NCBI GenBank assembly: GCA_963921275.4
Contig: OZ001293.3
Coordinates: 3,712,001-3,776,000, forward strand
Length of the DNA stretch: 64,000 nucleotides
Reading direction: 5' to 3'
DNA from: an uncultured Hormoscilla sp.
GTDB lineage: Bacteria; Cyanobacteriota; Cyanobacteriia; Cyanobacteriales; Desertifilaceae
This document shows positions 44,387 to 53,978 of this stretch, piece after piece. The first letter of the stretch is position 1. Each line of letters begins with the position of its first letter. The position numbers and the translations under genes are program-made. Under the pieces are notes generated by a model that was not told the origin of the DNA, did no database searches, and saw nothing but the letters and a program-made list of their open reading frames with translations.

Positions 44387-46099
44387 TTAACCCGAAAAAA
44401 TCTTGTAATTGCCGGAAATTTCTGAGTATGGCACAATCTGGAATGAAGCTATCAGGCCAGATGCGGAGGTATCTCTCAAAGCCTTCAACAAAATGTTGAA
44501 AGCGCCATTAATATCACGACTAATAGTGTGACCACATGAGGGACAAATAAATCGTTTGTTGCCTCCTAACTTTATGTGAATGTGCCCACATTTTGAGCAA
44601 GTTTTGCTGGTGTACTCTTCCGTCACGTCTACTACAACACAGCCGTATTTAGCTGCTTGATGCTTCAACGTTTGCTTAAAACGGTAATGAGACCATGTAA
44701 CCATTTTACGTGCTGTCTTAGTTGACAACCGTCGCTTGCCTCGTTTGACCATATTTTTAACCTCAAATGTAGGCAAAAATATGACTTTGTACTTGGTGCA
44801 TAGATAGTTGGCTGCTTTCTTATGCAGTTCATCAACCAAGTTACGAATCTTAACCCGAATCTTTTGTGCCGCCTTTCGCAGGCAGTGCCGTAGCCGCTTA
44901 AATTGGCGTCCTTTAGATAAGCCGATTCGAGACATTAGCCGATCGAGATGACTGGCTAACCGATAGATACGACCCATATCAGACTTGCCAACCTCCCAAA
45001 TTTCTTGACCGTCAAACCCAGTTAGAAATGTCCTGACACCTGGATCAAGGGCGATGGCTAGCTCACTGTTTAATGGTTCCAGTTTAGGCACGTCTATGGC
45101 ATAACAGATAAACCAACGTCCTCTGTCTAGTACCAATGTAGGCTCATGGTGCATTTTGTCTATAATTGGCTCACTTGCTTTGAACCTTAATCCTTTGGTC
45201 TGTGTTGGATAAAAATTTCCTTTTTTCCAGTTATTTTTCTGAAACCGGATAGACTTAACAGGTTCACGTACTGAGCGAAATTTAGCATCTCCTCCTGATT
45301 TTCTTGCTGCTTTGTGCTTCTTTGCAGTTGCCTCTCGATCCCGAATCTCAGGATCGAGAGCATAGGTGCTGATACCCTGAACGCCAATTGACAGCACCGT
45401 ATCAATTTCTTGTTCAAGATTCTCTAAGTTTTGCTCTGCATATCGAAACATCAAGTCCATTGCCACAGTATCAAAACCCACTGAGAGGGCATCCGTCAGA
45501 ATCTGTTTGCTCTGTTCAACTTTTTGGTGCAGCTTCAGGGAATCGATAAAACGCTGTTGAAATGACTGGATCCCAAATGAAACCCGGTTAACCCCAAGCT
45601 GCCACGCTCTGAATAGATACTCTTTATCCACCGTCCTCGGATGGCATTCCAGGGTGATTTGGCAGTTGGAGCTAAAATGGAACCAACGCAGCAACTCGGT
45701 CAAAATCTTTTCTAGCTGCTCTAAAGTTAAACTGCTTGCAGTGCCGCCGCCAAAATATAATGTCGTCACGGGACGGGATTTGATATCTGGCAAATTACTA
45801 CCGTAGAAACGAATTTCCTTGCAGAGTGCTTCGACATAGGAACCTAAATCCCTGCGACTGAGAGGTTCGTGTGTAAACGGACACATGCTGCAAATAAATC
45901 GACAAAATGGGATGTGAACATATAGGGTCAAATTGTCTTGGACTCGAGGAATCTTAGTCGGACGCCAGATCGCGCTAGGATCGAAATCACCTAATGCAAG
46001 GGGAAAACACCAGGTATAGCAGGGATCGCGCTCATCAAATTGTAAAAACTCTTTGGAATCGGAGCGATCTCGAACCTGTAGCACTGTTTCAAACTGCAT
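44387..46099 (-). CDS. In-frame fusion of an N-terminal HemN-like radical SAM domain and the C-terminal part of a TnpB (IS200/IS605/IS607 OrfB)
   Basis: YVHIPFCRFICSMC, FGGGT, RVSFGIQS; then ALDPGVRTF, EEYTSKTCSKCG, CPSCG, RDINGAFNI; AGGAGG RBS upstream. Confidence 0.85.
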   Translation of the reverse strand: MQFETVLQVRDRSDSKEFLQFDERDPCYTWCFPLALGDFDPSAIWRPTKIPRVQDNLTLYVHIPFCRFICSMCPFTHEPLSRRDLGSYVEALCKEIRFYGSNLPDIKSRPVTTLYFGGGTASSLTLEQLEKILTELLRWFHFSSNCQITLECHPRTVDKEYLFRAWQLGVNRVSFGIQSFQQRFIDSLKLHQKVEQSKQILTDALSVGFDTVAMDLMFRYAEQNLENLEQEIDTVLSIGVQGISTYALDPEIRDREATAKKHKAARKSGGDAKFRSVREPVKSIRFQKNNWKKGNFYPTQTKGLRFKASEPIIDKMHHEPTLVLDRGRWFICYAIDVPKLEPLNSELAIALDPGVRTFLTGFDGQEIWEVGKSDMGRIYRLASHLDRLMSRIGLSKGRQFKRLRHCLRKAAQKIRVKIRNLVDELHKKAANYLCTKYKVIFLPTFEVKNMVKRGKRRLSTKTARKMVTWSHYRFKQTLKHQAAKYGCVVVDVTEEYTSKTCSKCGHIHIKLGGNKRFICPSCGHTISRDINGAFNILLKALRDTSASGLIASFQIVPYSEISGNYKIFSG

Positions 46100-46222
46100 C
46101 TTGCCCTCCTAATCTATGCTTTAATCAAATCGAATGTCTTAACTATTTGAACCTATTCTTTTTGGTTTGGTCATAGTCTTCTCTGTCAAACCTTCACTCA
46201 TTAGGGACTTGCCTGTTAAAAG

Positions 46223-46387
46223 TTACCAGTGAAATAACTGCTCAGGGTAGAGCCAATGCTCACATTCTTCATTTCCAACCGTGGAGTCAATAAATTTAGG
46301 GTTAAGAGGGTAGTTTCCAATATTTCAGGTAGCAAACTGATCTATGGCCGATCTCACTTGCGGATCGACCTCATGGAGGTTCATCAT
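46223..46387 (-). pseudogene. Small peptide gene (54 codons, one internal TGA), candidate RiPP precursor
   Basis: MMNLHEVDPQVRSAIDQFAT*NIGNYPLNPKFIDSTVGNEECEHWLYPEQLFHW directly upstream of and co-oriented with the radical SAM. Confidence 0.5.
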
Positions 46388-46842
46388 GGTTGTTATTTTT
46401 TCTAGTTGCTAGTGAACTAGGGCGGGTTAATTTTTAGTATTGGTGTTGGTCGCACCTTTGCTGGGGCATCTCTCGCTCCCATCAATTAATTATGGCAGAT
46501 CCAGAGCCTGACTGTCAAGGAAATTTTGAGGACCAGCCCCACCACAAATAGCCTGTAGTCCTAAATACGTATGCATTTGAGCAGATTTCAAAATATTTTG
46601 TAAATTTTTGTAACAATCGCTTAAATCCTTACCCAATCAGGCTTTGAAGCTTTTCTTAAAATTTCCTGAAATCCGCCACTTTTTATAGCTTTTCACCGGT
46701 GATTTATATTTTGATACTGACTTGCCTGTATCAGGGTGTGTGCGATCGCTCCCTCTATTCCACTGACTGCTAGCTATATCAGGATACAACGCAACACTGA
46801 TAAATCCAAACTACGCCGGTGCGGCTCTTATTAAACACCGGT

Positions 46843-47432
46843 TGGGACTGCAAGCCATTCAGACCGCATCCGCATCCCGGTAGCGGAGGGGGCCCTGCGC
46901 GTGTCCAGCAGGCCAAACAGTTGTTAGACCAGCTATTTGCCAAATACCCCCATGTGGCGATCGCCACGCGCAGGGCCCGCTGCGAGAAGTTCCTAGTCAG
47001 CAAGCACCAGCTGGAAGACGCCGATTTGCTGTTAGGGACCATTGGCTCCGACGACGCTCCGGGCCCCCTCCGCTGCGAGAGCACTACCTCGGGGCCCAGG
47101 CAGTCAAAGCCTTAATCCATTTCCAGCAAGAAGCAGACAAACCTGGGGACAGCGAACTAGACCAACTCTATGCCAAAGCCTGTCGCTTGGCCCTCGCCCA
47201 AGAGTATGACGAAGCCTTGCAGATCTTTTTAATCATGGTGGGCAAGCAAATATAAGAACGATGGAGCCAGAAAAGCCATGCTGGTCGTATTTGGCCTCCT
47301 GGGGGACTCCCATCCCTTAACCAAGCAATATCGCAAGCAGCTCCTGCTACAGCTATACTAAGACCATGCCGAGAATACGCCACAGGTGCTCGACAAAAAA
47401 TAGCCAGGACTGACGCAAGTAGCAGATGGTGG
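46843..47432 (+). repeat. Diverged duplicate of the 3' half and downstream flank of the ybbN-like gene (43169-43718)
   Basis: Long near-identical stretches; this copy has extra small GC-rich insertions. Confidence 0.92.
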
Positions 47433-47560
47433 GCGGGTGCCGAGGGTGGGCGGTGCCCACCCTACATAAACTTGCCAGATAGATTTTCATCCCCTAGAGG
47501 AACATTTGCGCCCGGCTCAGGTCTACGAGGTGTGAACGATATGTTTTTGGGTAATTTATC

Positions 47561-48271
47561 ATGTTCAATTCTAATCAATGGAAATCGGGAACCGCTGCAC
47601 TCCTGGCCTTGTCAATGACCGCTGCGGCTGCTACACCCCTGATGGCATCTACCTCAGAAGAGAAAAATTCTCCTGCTGTTATCCAGGCTCAGCGATATCC
47701 CGAAAACCGTAACGATCGGGTCATCCCAGCGGGGATTTTAATCCCAGTCAAGCACGAGGAGGCGAAAAAAATTCTCCTGGCCCCGGACGAGACAATGGAA
47801 CTGACATTGATAGTCTCGGAAGATGTTGTCTCCAGGAATGGAAAACGCTTGATTCCTGGTGGCAGCCAAATTAGCGGCGAACTGGTACCTGCTCTGGATG
47901 GCATTCAGTTTGTTTCTCAGGAGCTCGTGACACCCCGTGGCAGGCGGCTGCCGATCGATGCTTCTTCTCAGATCGTCACGGAAACCGAAACCGTGAATCG
48001 GGGCGTTGATGCTGATTCCGTCATTGAAGGGGCATTGATCGGAGGGGCTGCTGCTGCAATTATTGCTGAGATTACTGGCAAGATTGACGTTGAAGAACCT
48101 ATCATTGGTGCGGTTTTAGGGGGAATAGCTGGCGCACTGTTGGGTAAAAACAAAGTCGATTTGATTGCTATTAACCCCGAAACAGATCTGGCTCTCAAAC
48201 TCAACCGTGATATCGTGATCGATCGCACTCGCCGCCGCGCCCGAGCTGGCGGACCGAATACTCAGCTTTGA
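47561..48271 (+). CDS. Exported hypothetical protein with a glycine-zipper region
   Basis: Signal-peptide-like WKSGTAALLAL; IPAG motifs; GALIGG...GAVLGG zipper. Confidence 0.8.
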   Translation: MFNSNQWKSGTAALLALSMTAAAATPLMASTSEEKNSPAVIQAQRYPENRNDRVIPAGILIPVKHEEAKKILLAPDETMELTLIVSEDVVSRNGKRLIPGGSQISGELVPALDGIQFVSQELVTPRGRRLPIDASSQIVTETETVNRGVDADSVIEGALIGGAAAAIIAEITGKIDVEEPIIGAVLGGIAGALLGKNKVDLIAINPETDLALKLNRDIVIDRTRRRARAGGPNTQL

Positions 48272-48291
48272 GGATCTCCTTGTGATAGCTA

Positions 48292-49641
48292 TCACCGCGC
48301 GGACATCGGCAACCAGACGATAAAGGTAGTTCCCCGATCGCTTCCTTCTGGGTACAGTGCTGGCGAGAACAGTTGCATTTCACCCTGCATTTGGGAGACT
48401 AACTCGGAGGCGATCGCCAATCCCAAACCCGTACCAAATATCTCTGTTTCCCCCTGCACTCCCCGATAATTGCGCTCGAACACGTGGGGACGGTCTTCGG
48501 GGGGAATGCCCGGACCGGTGTCACTCACAGCAATTAACACCTTGTCACCTTGAGGCTGTACTCCTACCTGAACGTACAGGTCTCCTCCTGCTGGTGTATA
48601 TTTCAAGGCATTATCAATTATATTGCTTAACACTTCTCGCAACCCCTGGATATCTGCTTGCACTGGCGGCATTTCCTGGGGTATTTCCACATGTAAACCT
48701 AGCTGGCGTTCCTGGGCGATCGCCTCTGCCGAAGCGAGTAGCGGTGCTATTATTGCGGCCACAGAGTAAGATTCCAGAGTTAAATCCCTGCTCCCCAAGG
48801 AATTAGACACCGGCAGTAATCCGACTGGCCTTGCCTCCTTTTGAGCTTCGGAATCTAGCACGTCATCTGTTTCCACGTCTACTATATCCAGGGCCGCGTC
48901 GAACTGTTGCAGCAATTCTTGCAGGCGATCGCTTTCCCGGACAATACTCTGGGCCACCGTGCGATTGCTATCTTCTGGTAACAGTCGCTTCAGCAGCAGC
49001 TTGCCAAAGGTGCGCAGGGCCGTCAGAGGATTTCGGAACTGATGCAACAGATTGTCCAAAACATCTTGTTGCTGAGCCATCGTCAGTCGAGATTGGAGCC
49101 CTTGTTCTTTTAACCATTGGTAGCGTTGGTCTAAAATACAGGCAAGTGCTACAGTATTAGCAATCTGGGCGATCTGCTTTTGTTCCCTCTGATTCCAAGC
49201 TCTGTCCGATCGCGCCGTCACCAGTAACCCTATCACTGCCCTTTCATGCATCAGGGGCAACACCAACTGGTGTTCTAGCAAGAGATCCTCCTCTATTAAC
49301 TCCTGCTCATTATAGCCAGCAGATCCCGTTCTGGTCTCAGCCCCTGTTGCCGACGGCAGCTTTCGATGTACTCGGGGCGGGCTACTCGTACTACCCCTCG
49401 CAGATCGAGGCATTATTTCCACCGTACCCGCCCCAGGTGGTAACAGCACCTGAGCCCGATTGGACTGCCAAACCGCAGCCATCTCTGGGTATGCTACGAT
49501 CGGGATTAGCTTTGTCTGGGCGTCTTCTACTAGCTTTTCTGTCAAGTAGACAACTCCCACAGAAGCCCCCAGTCCCTGAGTTAACAGGGCTAGTTGCGAT
49601 CGGCATAGAGCCACAAATTCAGAACTGGCGGACATCAACAT
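48292..49641 (-). CDS. GAF-domain sensor histidine kinase (Hik2/CSK-like)
   Basis: SSEFVALCRSQ N-terminus, LLHQFRNPLTA H-box, NIIDNALKY, DTGPGI, GTGLGL. Confidence 0.9.
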   Translation of the reverse strand: MLMSASSEFVALCRSQLALLTQGLGASVGVVYLTEKLVEDAQTKLIPIVAYPEMAAVWQSNRAQVLLPPGAGTVEIMPRSARGSTSSPPRVHRKLPSATGAETRTGSAGYNEQELIEEDLLLEHQLVLPLMHERAVIGLLVTARSDRAWNQREQKQIAQIANTVALACILDQRYQWLKEQGLQSRLTMAQQQDVLDNLLHQFRNPLTALRTFGKLLLKRLLPEDSNRTVAQSIVRESDRLQELLQQFDAALDIVDVETDDVLDSEAQKEARPVGLLPVSNSLGSRDLTLESYSVAAIIAPLLASAEAIAQERQLGLHVEIPQEMPPVQADIQGLREVLSNIIDNALKYTPAGGDLYVQVGVQPQGDKVLIAVSDTGPGIPPEDRPHVFERNYRGVQGETEIFGTGLGLAIASELVSQMQGEMQLFSPALYPEGSDRGTTFIVWLPMSAR

Positions 49642-49729
49642 TGGAGCAGTACTGGCTAGACTGTGTGACGAGTAACCTATATCTTATCGCAATACTCCGG
49701 ACAGTTTTTAGACCTATTTCGACCACAAC

Positions 49730-49987
49730 CGTGTCTCCTGGGAGCTCGATGTCCCCGGGTCGCTCGATGTCTCGGGAGAGCTTGATGTCCCCCGGACGTA
49801 TGGCGAAAACCCTACGATGTCCCCCGGACGCATGGCGAAGAAAACCCTACGATGTCCCCCGGACGCATGGCGAAAACCCGAGGGACATCGGGGGGACATC
49901 GGGGGGACATCATAATCGCACTACTCCCGAGACATCGTAATCGCACTACCCCGGGGACATCATAATCGCACAAAAGGGGAGACACGG
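49730..49987. repeat. Nested hairpin-element cluster; single 42-bp copy nearby at 50034-50075
   Basis: CCGTGTCTCC...GGAGACACGG outer arms enclosing multiple GATGTC / GACATC arms. Confidence 0.8.
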
Positions 49988-50434
49988 CACAAGGGTTGCA
50001 GCCAAAAGGGCCTTATTTTTTCAATGTCTGCTCGATGTCTCCCCTTTTGTGCGAGTAGTGCTCCCAGGAGACATCGAACCCAGGACTAACTTGCCTAAAA
50101 TTGCTCTATCGAGCAAAGGCTGACGCTGCGATGCGCGAGGGGTAGTGCGAGTAGCGCGCCCCGAGTGCATCGCAAGGCTTGCAGCTACGTACAGCCAAAA
50201 CGGTCCGGACTATTGTGATCGGCATCTCTACTGTTACATATTTTATACTTTTCTTTACTTTTTAGATCTTATTCCAGGGAAAGATTGCTCCTACATCCGC
50301 TTACCACCTGGCTCGGAAGGCTTTTTTGTTAAGCTATTTTAAGCACCGTTGATGTTTTAAGTTAGATTAGATAGAATTGTTCGGGATTTGGTAGTGCTAA
50401 CTACAGAGTTCGCAGAAAAAGGAGGTAAGCTAGA

Positions 50435-50845
50435 TTGGCCAGGAGACGCAAGCGTAAAAGTCGTCGTCGCCTAGAAGGGCGTCGAATTCTTGAGCAAGTT
50501 GCTCACTATCACATCGAAACTGGTGAAGATAAACCCGTGACAGCGGCTCGTAAGTATATTCGTGCTCAAGGCATTGTGCCACCAGCTTTACTGCTAGTCA
50601 AGCGAAATGAGCATACTACCGATCGGTACTTCTGGGCGGAAAAAGGACTATTTGGAGCTCAGTACGTTGAGGAAAACTATTTTCTGTTTCCCAGTCTGAA
50701 AGAGGCAGAACAAAAGGCTCAAATTGCAGCATCCGCAGCAATTAAAGCTCAGGCTGCCGTTCGGTTGAGCGGCTCGACTGAGATCGTGCCGAACGTCCCT
50801 CACCCCGAAGCCCAGAACCCCCCGATCGCCGTCCACAGTCAATAG
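50435..50845 (+). CDS. Conserved cyanobacterial protein (DUF3155-like), TTG start
   Basis: MARRRKRKSRRR...KPVTAARK...RNEHTTDRYFWAEKGLFGAQY; GGAGG RBS. Confidence 0.85.
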   Translation: MARRRKRKSRRRLEGRRILEQVAHYHIETGEDKPVTAARKYIRAQGIVPPALLLVKRNEHTTDRYFWAEKGLFGAQYVEENYFLFPSLKEAEQKAQIAASAAIKAQAAVRLSGSTEIVPNVPHPEAQNPPIAVHSQ

Positions 50846-50927
50846 TAATTGTCGTCAACCCAGAAACCATGTTTTTCAGAAAAACCTGGTTTCTACTATC
50901 TATCAATTAAGATTTTGTCAGAGAAAG

Positions 50928-51485
50928 TTAAGGTTGGGCAAGTGAATTAATTGGTGTTTCCAGCTTTGACAAAGGGAAAAGTTTTTGCAACTGGGCCAGT
51001 TCGTCTCGATGGGCCGCGATCGTAATCGAGCTATGAAGCTGCTGTGATTCTGCATCTGGTTGGGTTTCGATTGCCAGGGACACTTCCTCGGGTCGTCCCG
51101 CTTTTTGCCAGTAAAAAATCCCGGCAACTGGCGATAATAATACCAAGCCAAACCAAACTAAATTACACTGGGGAAAGACGATCGACAAAATAAGACTGCC
51201 GCAAAGAATGCCAACTGCGGCTAACAGGGTGAGAAAGATAGCCAGAAACAGACTGGGGCGGACAAACCCTTCAAATATTACTCTCTTATTGGTGCTGTCT
51301 CGTGCTGTGACGCGGTATGCCCGCTGGGTAAAATATTCCTCTAATTGAGTTAGCATTTGGTCGGATGCTGCTGCTAGGGTGATTTTTTCGATTCGGTCTT
51401 TGACTGAGGCTTTGATAAAGAAAAACAAACCCACAAATAACAGCAAAGTCGGAATTAAAGCTGTCGATACGAGAGCACTACTCAT
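50928..51485 (-). CDS. ccb1: Cytochrome b6f heme ci assembly factor CCB1-like
   Basis: GLFFFIKASVKDR, FEGFVRPS, FYWQKAGR, AHRDEL; start moved to MSSALVST. Confidence 0.85.
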   Translation of the reverse strand: MSSALVSTALIPTLLLFVGLFFFIKASVKDRIEKITLAAASDQMLTQLEEYFTQRAYRVTARDSTNKRVIFEGFVRPSLFLAIFLTLLAAVGILCGSLILSIVFPQCNLVWFGLVLLSPVAGIFYWQKAGRPEEVSLAIETQPDAESQQLHSSITIAAHRDELAQLQKLFPLSKLETPINSLAQP

Positions 51486-51588
51486 GAGCAATTGTGAAAA
51501 TGTTAACGATATTGGAAATGGTAAATTGAGAAGATTAAACGTAAGGTGGGCATTGCCCACCCTACAGCAGCTTCGATCGATCGCGAGT

Positions 51589-52009
51589 TTAGCTGGTGGC
51601 TGGTAGTTTCGATGGTACTGCTGATGAATATTCTCGATAAGATTGTCGCAAAAGTAAGATGCGATCGCTCTTAATGGCAACATAATCTTGCCAGAGTCGG
51701 GCCAGGTCTTTGGCCTGTTGGCGCCCATTGGGAATGGATATGATACATGCGACGGGGACGTCCGCGTCCTGTCACTTTTTGCCAATAGCCTGTAATCAGC
51801 TGTTCTTCTTCCAGGAATTTGAGGGAACTGTACAGGACCGTGTCGGAAAGCCGGTAGATGGGATATTGCTTCTCTAGCAGTCCCATAAGTTCGGTTCCAT
51901 AGGAGTCTGCTCCCAATAAAACTGAAAGTATATAGCAAACAGCCAGTTCCTTGTTCAGATAAATTGAGGGTGGCTCGATAAAAAACTCATAGATATCGTT
52001 AATTTTCAT
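51589..52009 (-). pseudogene. pex: PadR-family circadian period-extender (Pex-like) with a frameshift near the C-terminus
   Basis: ELAVCYILSVL, DSYGTEL, YRLSDTVLY, GRGRPRRMY; native tail RQQAKDLARLWQDY lies in another frame after 51724-51726. Confidence 0.75.
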
Positions 52010-52361
52010 TCGTCTTCTGTACACTCATCATCAACGGGGCAATTTGCGTCTGGTAGATGCAGCCCTGGTGCCAGTTAAAATGGCACTATCCAGACTTGGG
52101 GAATGGGCCGAGGGGGTCTCCTATGCACGTGGGATTAGCGATCCCAGGAGACCCTGATCGGCTGCCAGTATAAAATGGGTCAGTCAAGCGATCGGCCTGC
52201 AATGTGTTCATAATAACAAGATTAATTGTCCTATATACACAATGAAGGGAGCATATCAGTGAAAGCAAATATCTAGTCAGTAGTCGGTCGGTAGTCAGTA
52301 GTCGGTAGTCGGTAGTCAGTAGTCAATCCTGCTGGTAGACTAAGAATCGTAGAAACTGGGG

Positions 52362-52838
52362 ATGATTATGTCACAAAACTCACCAATTGTTTCCCTACCT
52401 CCAGCTATAGAGCGATTTGCTAATGTGTTGCGAATTGCGGGCTGGATCGGTTTCGTCAGTCAATTAACGCTAGCAATCATTTCTAGTGTGATTTTATTGG
52501 TTGCTGTTATTTTTGGCACCGCTAGAGGGACTGGCGCGAATAATCCGGGCACGGGAGGTGGTCTATTTTTTGCTGTTTGCGGACTGCTGGTGCTGTATTT
52601 GAGTGTTTACCAGGCTTTCCGTTACATACGCTTGTCTAGACAGCTGCGATCGCCTACTCCGAGTCTCCGCCCTTCCAAGAGTTACACGATTTCTATCCTG
52701 CGCTTGGGATTGATGTTTTCTCTGGTGGGGATGGCCTTGACTATTATTGGGGGTGCGGCAATTACTGGCACCTTAGTGGCCAAGTCCCTGACTCAGCCAA
52801 GAACGTTTTTCGATCCAGCAACTAATCTCAGAGGGTTT
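52362..52838 (+). CDS. DUF3611-like membrane protein, exon 1
   Basis: GWIGFVSQL, NPGTGGG and TM helices; ends in codon TTT immediately before the intron GTGCG. Confidence 0.85.
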
Positions 52839-53709
52839 GTGCGATTCGTTCTAGCCTAACGTGGTCAAACACGGAACGCTAGCCCGGTTTCATTAGCCGG
52901 GAACTCTGACCGCATGGGGGTTAAATTCCCCTCCCCCCAGGTACGGGGGTGACACCGGTCCTCGGTGCTACGAAGCGACATCATCGTGGTGCTAAGCGAG
53001 GACTCAAATGTAGGATAACTGGCAGCCTAAGCCGGTGACGCCGCTAGGAAAGATATCCAAGGTTAGAGCAGGCAAACATGTGCAAGCCTCGTTATAAGGA
53101 ACCAGCGAAATAAGGCTATATGCGCTGGCCTAAAAAGGAAATGGTAGCTAGTATTAGTTTTAGACTCTGGCTAATATAGTACTCAAATAGCTCCCGGGGT
53201 ATAGTGTGGACCTAAAGGTATCGCGAAATGTTGTTAGGGAACGAAGTAACCTCTCGTGTGCTGTCCATCAGGACAAGTTAGATGTTAAGCGCAAGCCACG
53301 GGGGGAGGGATGGCCCAAGAAGCGAATGCCCGGGGTAATTCCTGGGATAACATCTACAGTAATGTAGATGATGCTGGGTAGCCAGCGCTGACGTGGGTCG
53401 GTGATACTAGGAAGCTGCTGGAATGAGTAATCCTAAAAAGCCACGGAACTAATCCGAAACGCAAGTGGAGGATAAGGTATGGATAACTGGTAAAACTGAC
53501 TTGAAAATGGTGATACTAACGGTTATCAGAACAACCACTCGCTAAACCAGGAAAGGGAAGAAAAGACAGGCGGCAAGGGCTAACGGAAGTAATTCCTATT
53601 AAGTCTACCTATGAAAAGGGCCTAGTACCCAGTAGCCGGATGCGGTGAAAATCGCAAGTCCGGTTCCGAAAGGGAGGGTCGGGAAGCGATTCCCGGCTCG
53701 ACCCCATCC
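52839..53709 (+). mobile_element. ORF-less group IIB intron, copy 3 (871 nt), sense orientation inside a gene
   Basis: GTGCGATTCGTT start; DV AGCCGGATGCGGTGAAAATCGCAAGTCCGGTTC; removal restores the reading frame. Confidence 0.95.
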
Positions 53710-53826
53710 ATTGAACCTCTGGATCTGTTTGTCGTCCAGGCTAATACTAACACGATTTTAGCTCACTTTATGGGCATTGCGGGAGTCCTTTGGCTACTCT
53801 GTTACATTAATAAACCTTCTTCCTAG
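53710..53826 (+). CDS. DUF3611-like membrane protein, exon 2
   Basis: IEPLDLFVVQANTNTILAHFMGIAGVLWLLCYINKPSS*, the conserved C-terminal motif of the family. Confidence 0.85.
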   Translation: MEPLDLFVVQANTNTILAHFMGIAGVLWLLCYINKPSS

Positions 53827-53978
53827 AGCGTCAATAAAGTATGCTGTAGAAACCGGAAGCTTGAGATTATAGCTGCGGGGATGGTTTCACGGCCTCCGTG
53901 GTAGCCCAGAAACCAGGTTTTTCCAAAAAACCTGGTTTCTTATCTCCACCCGGTTTCTTGATATTGCTTCTCGTGCAA

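Noticed and set aside
46325..46327. Selenocysteine readthrough of the internal TGA in the small peptide gene
   Set aside because: No convincing SECIS-like hairpin seen directly downstream; a nonsense mutation is simpler given the surrounding decay.
51486..51938. N-terminal 151 aa of the 336-aa ORF 50928..51938
   Set aside because: It overlaps pex in another frame; CCB1 similarity starts only at MSSALVST (51485).
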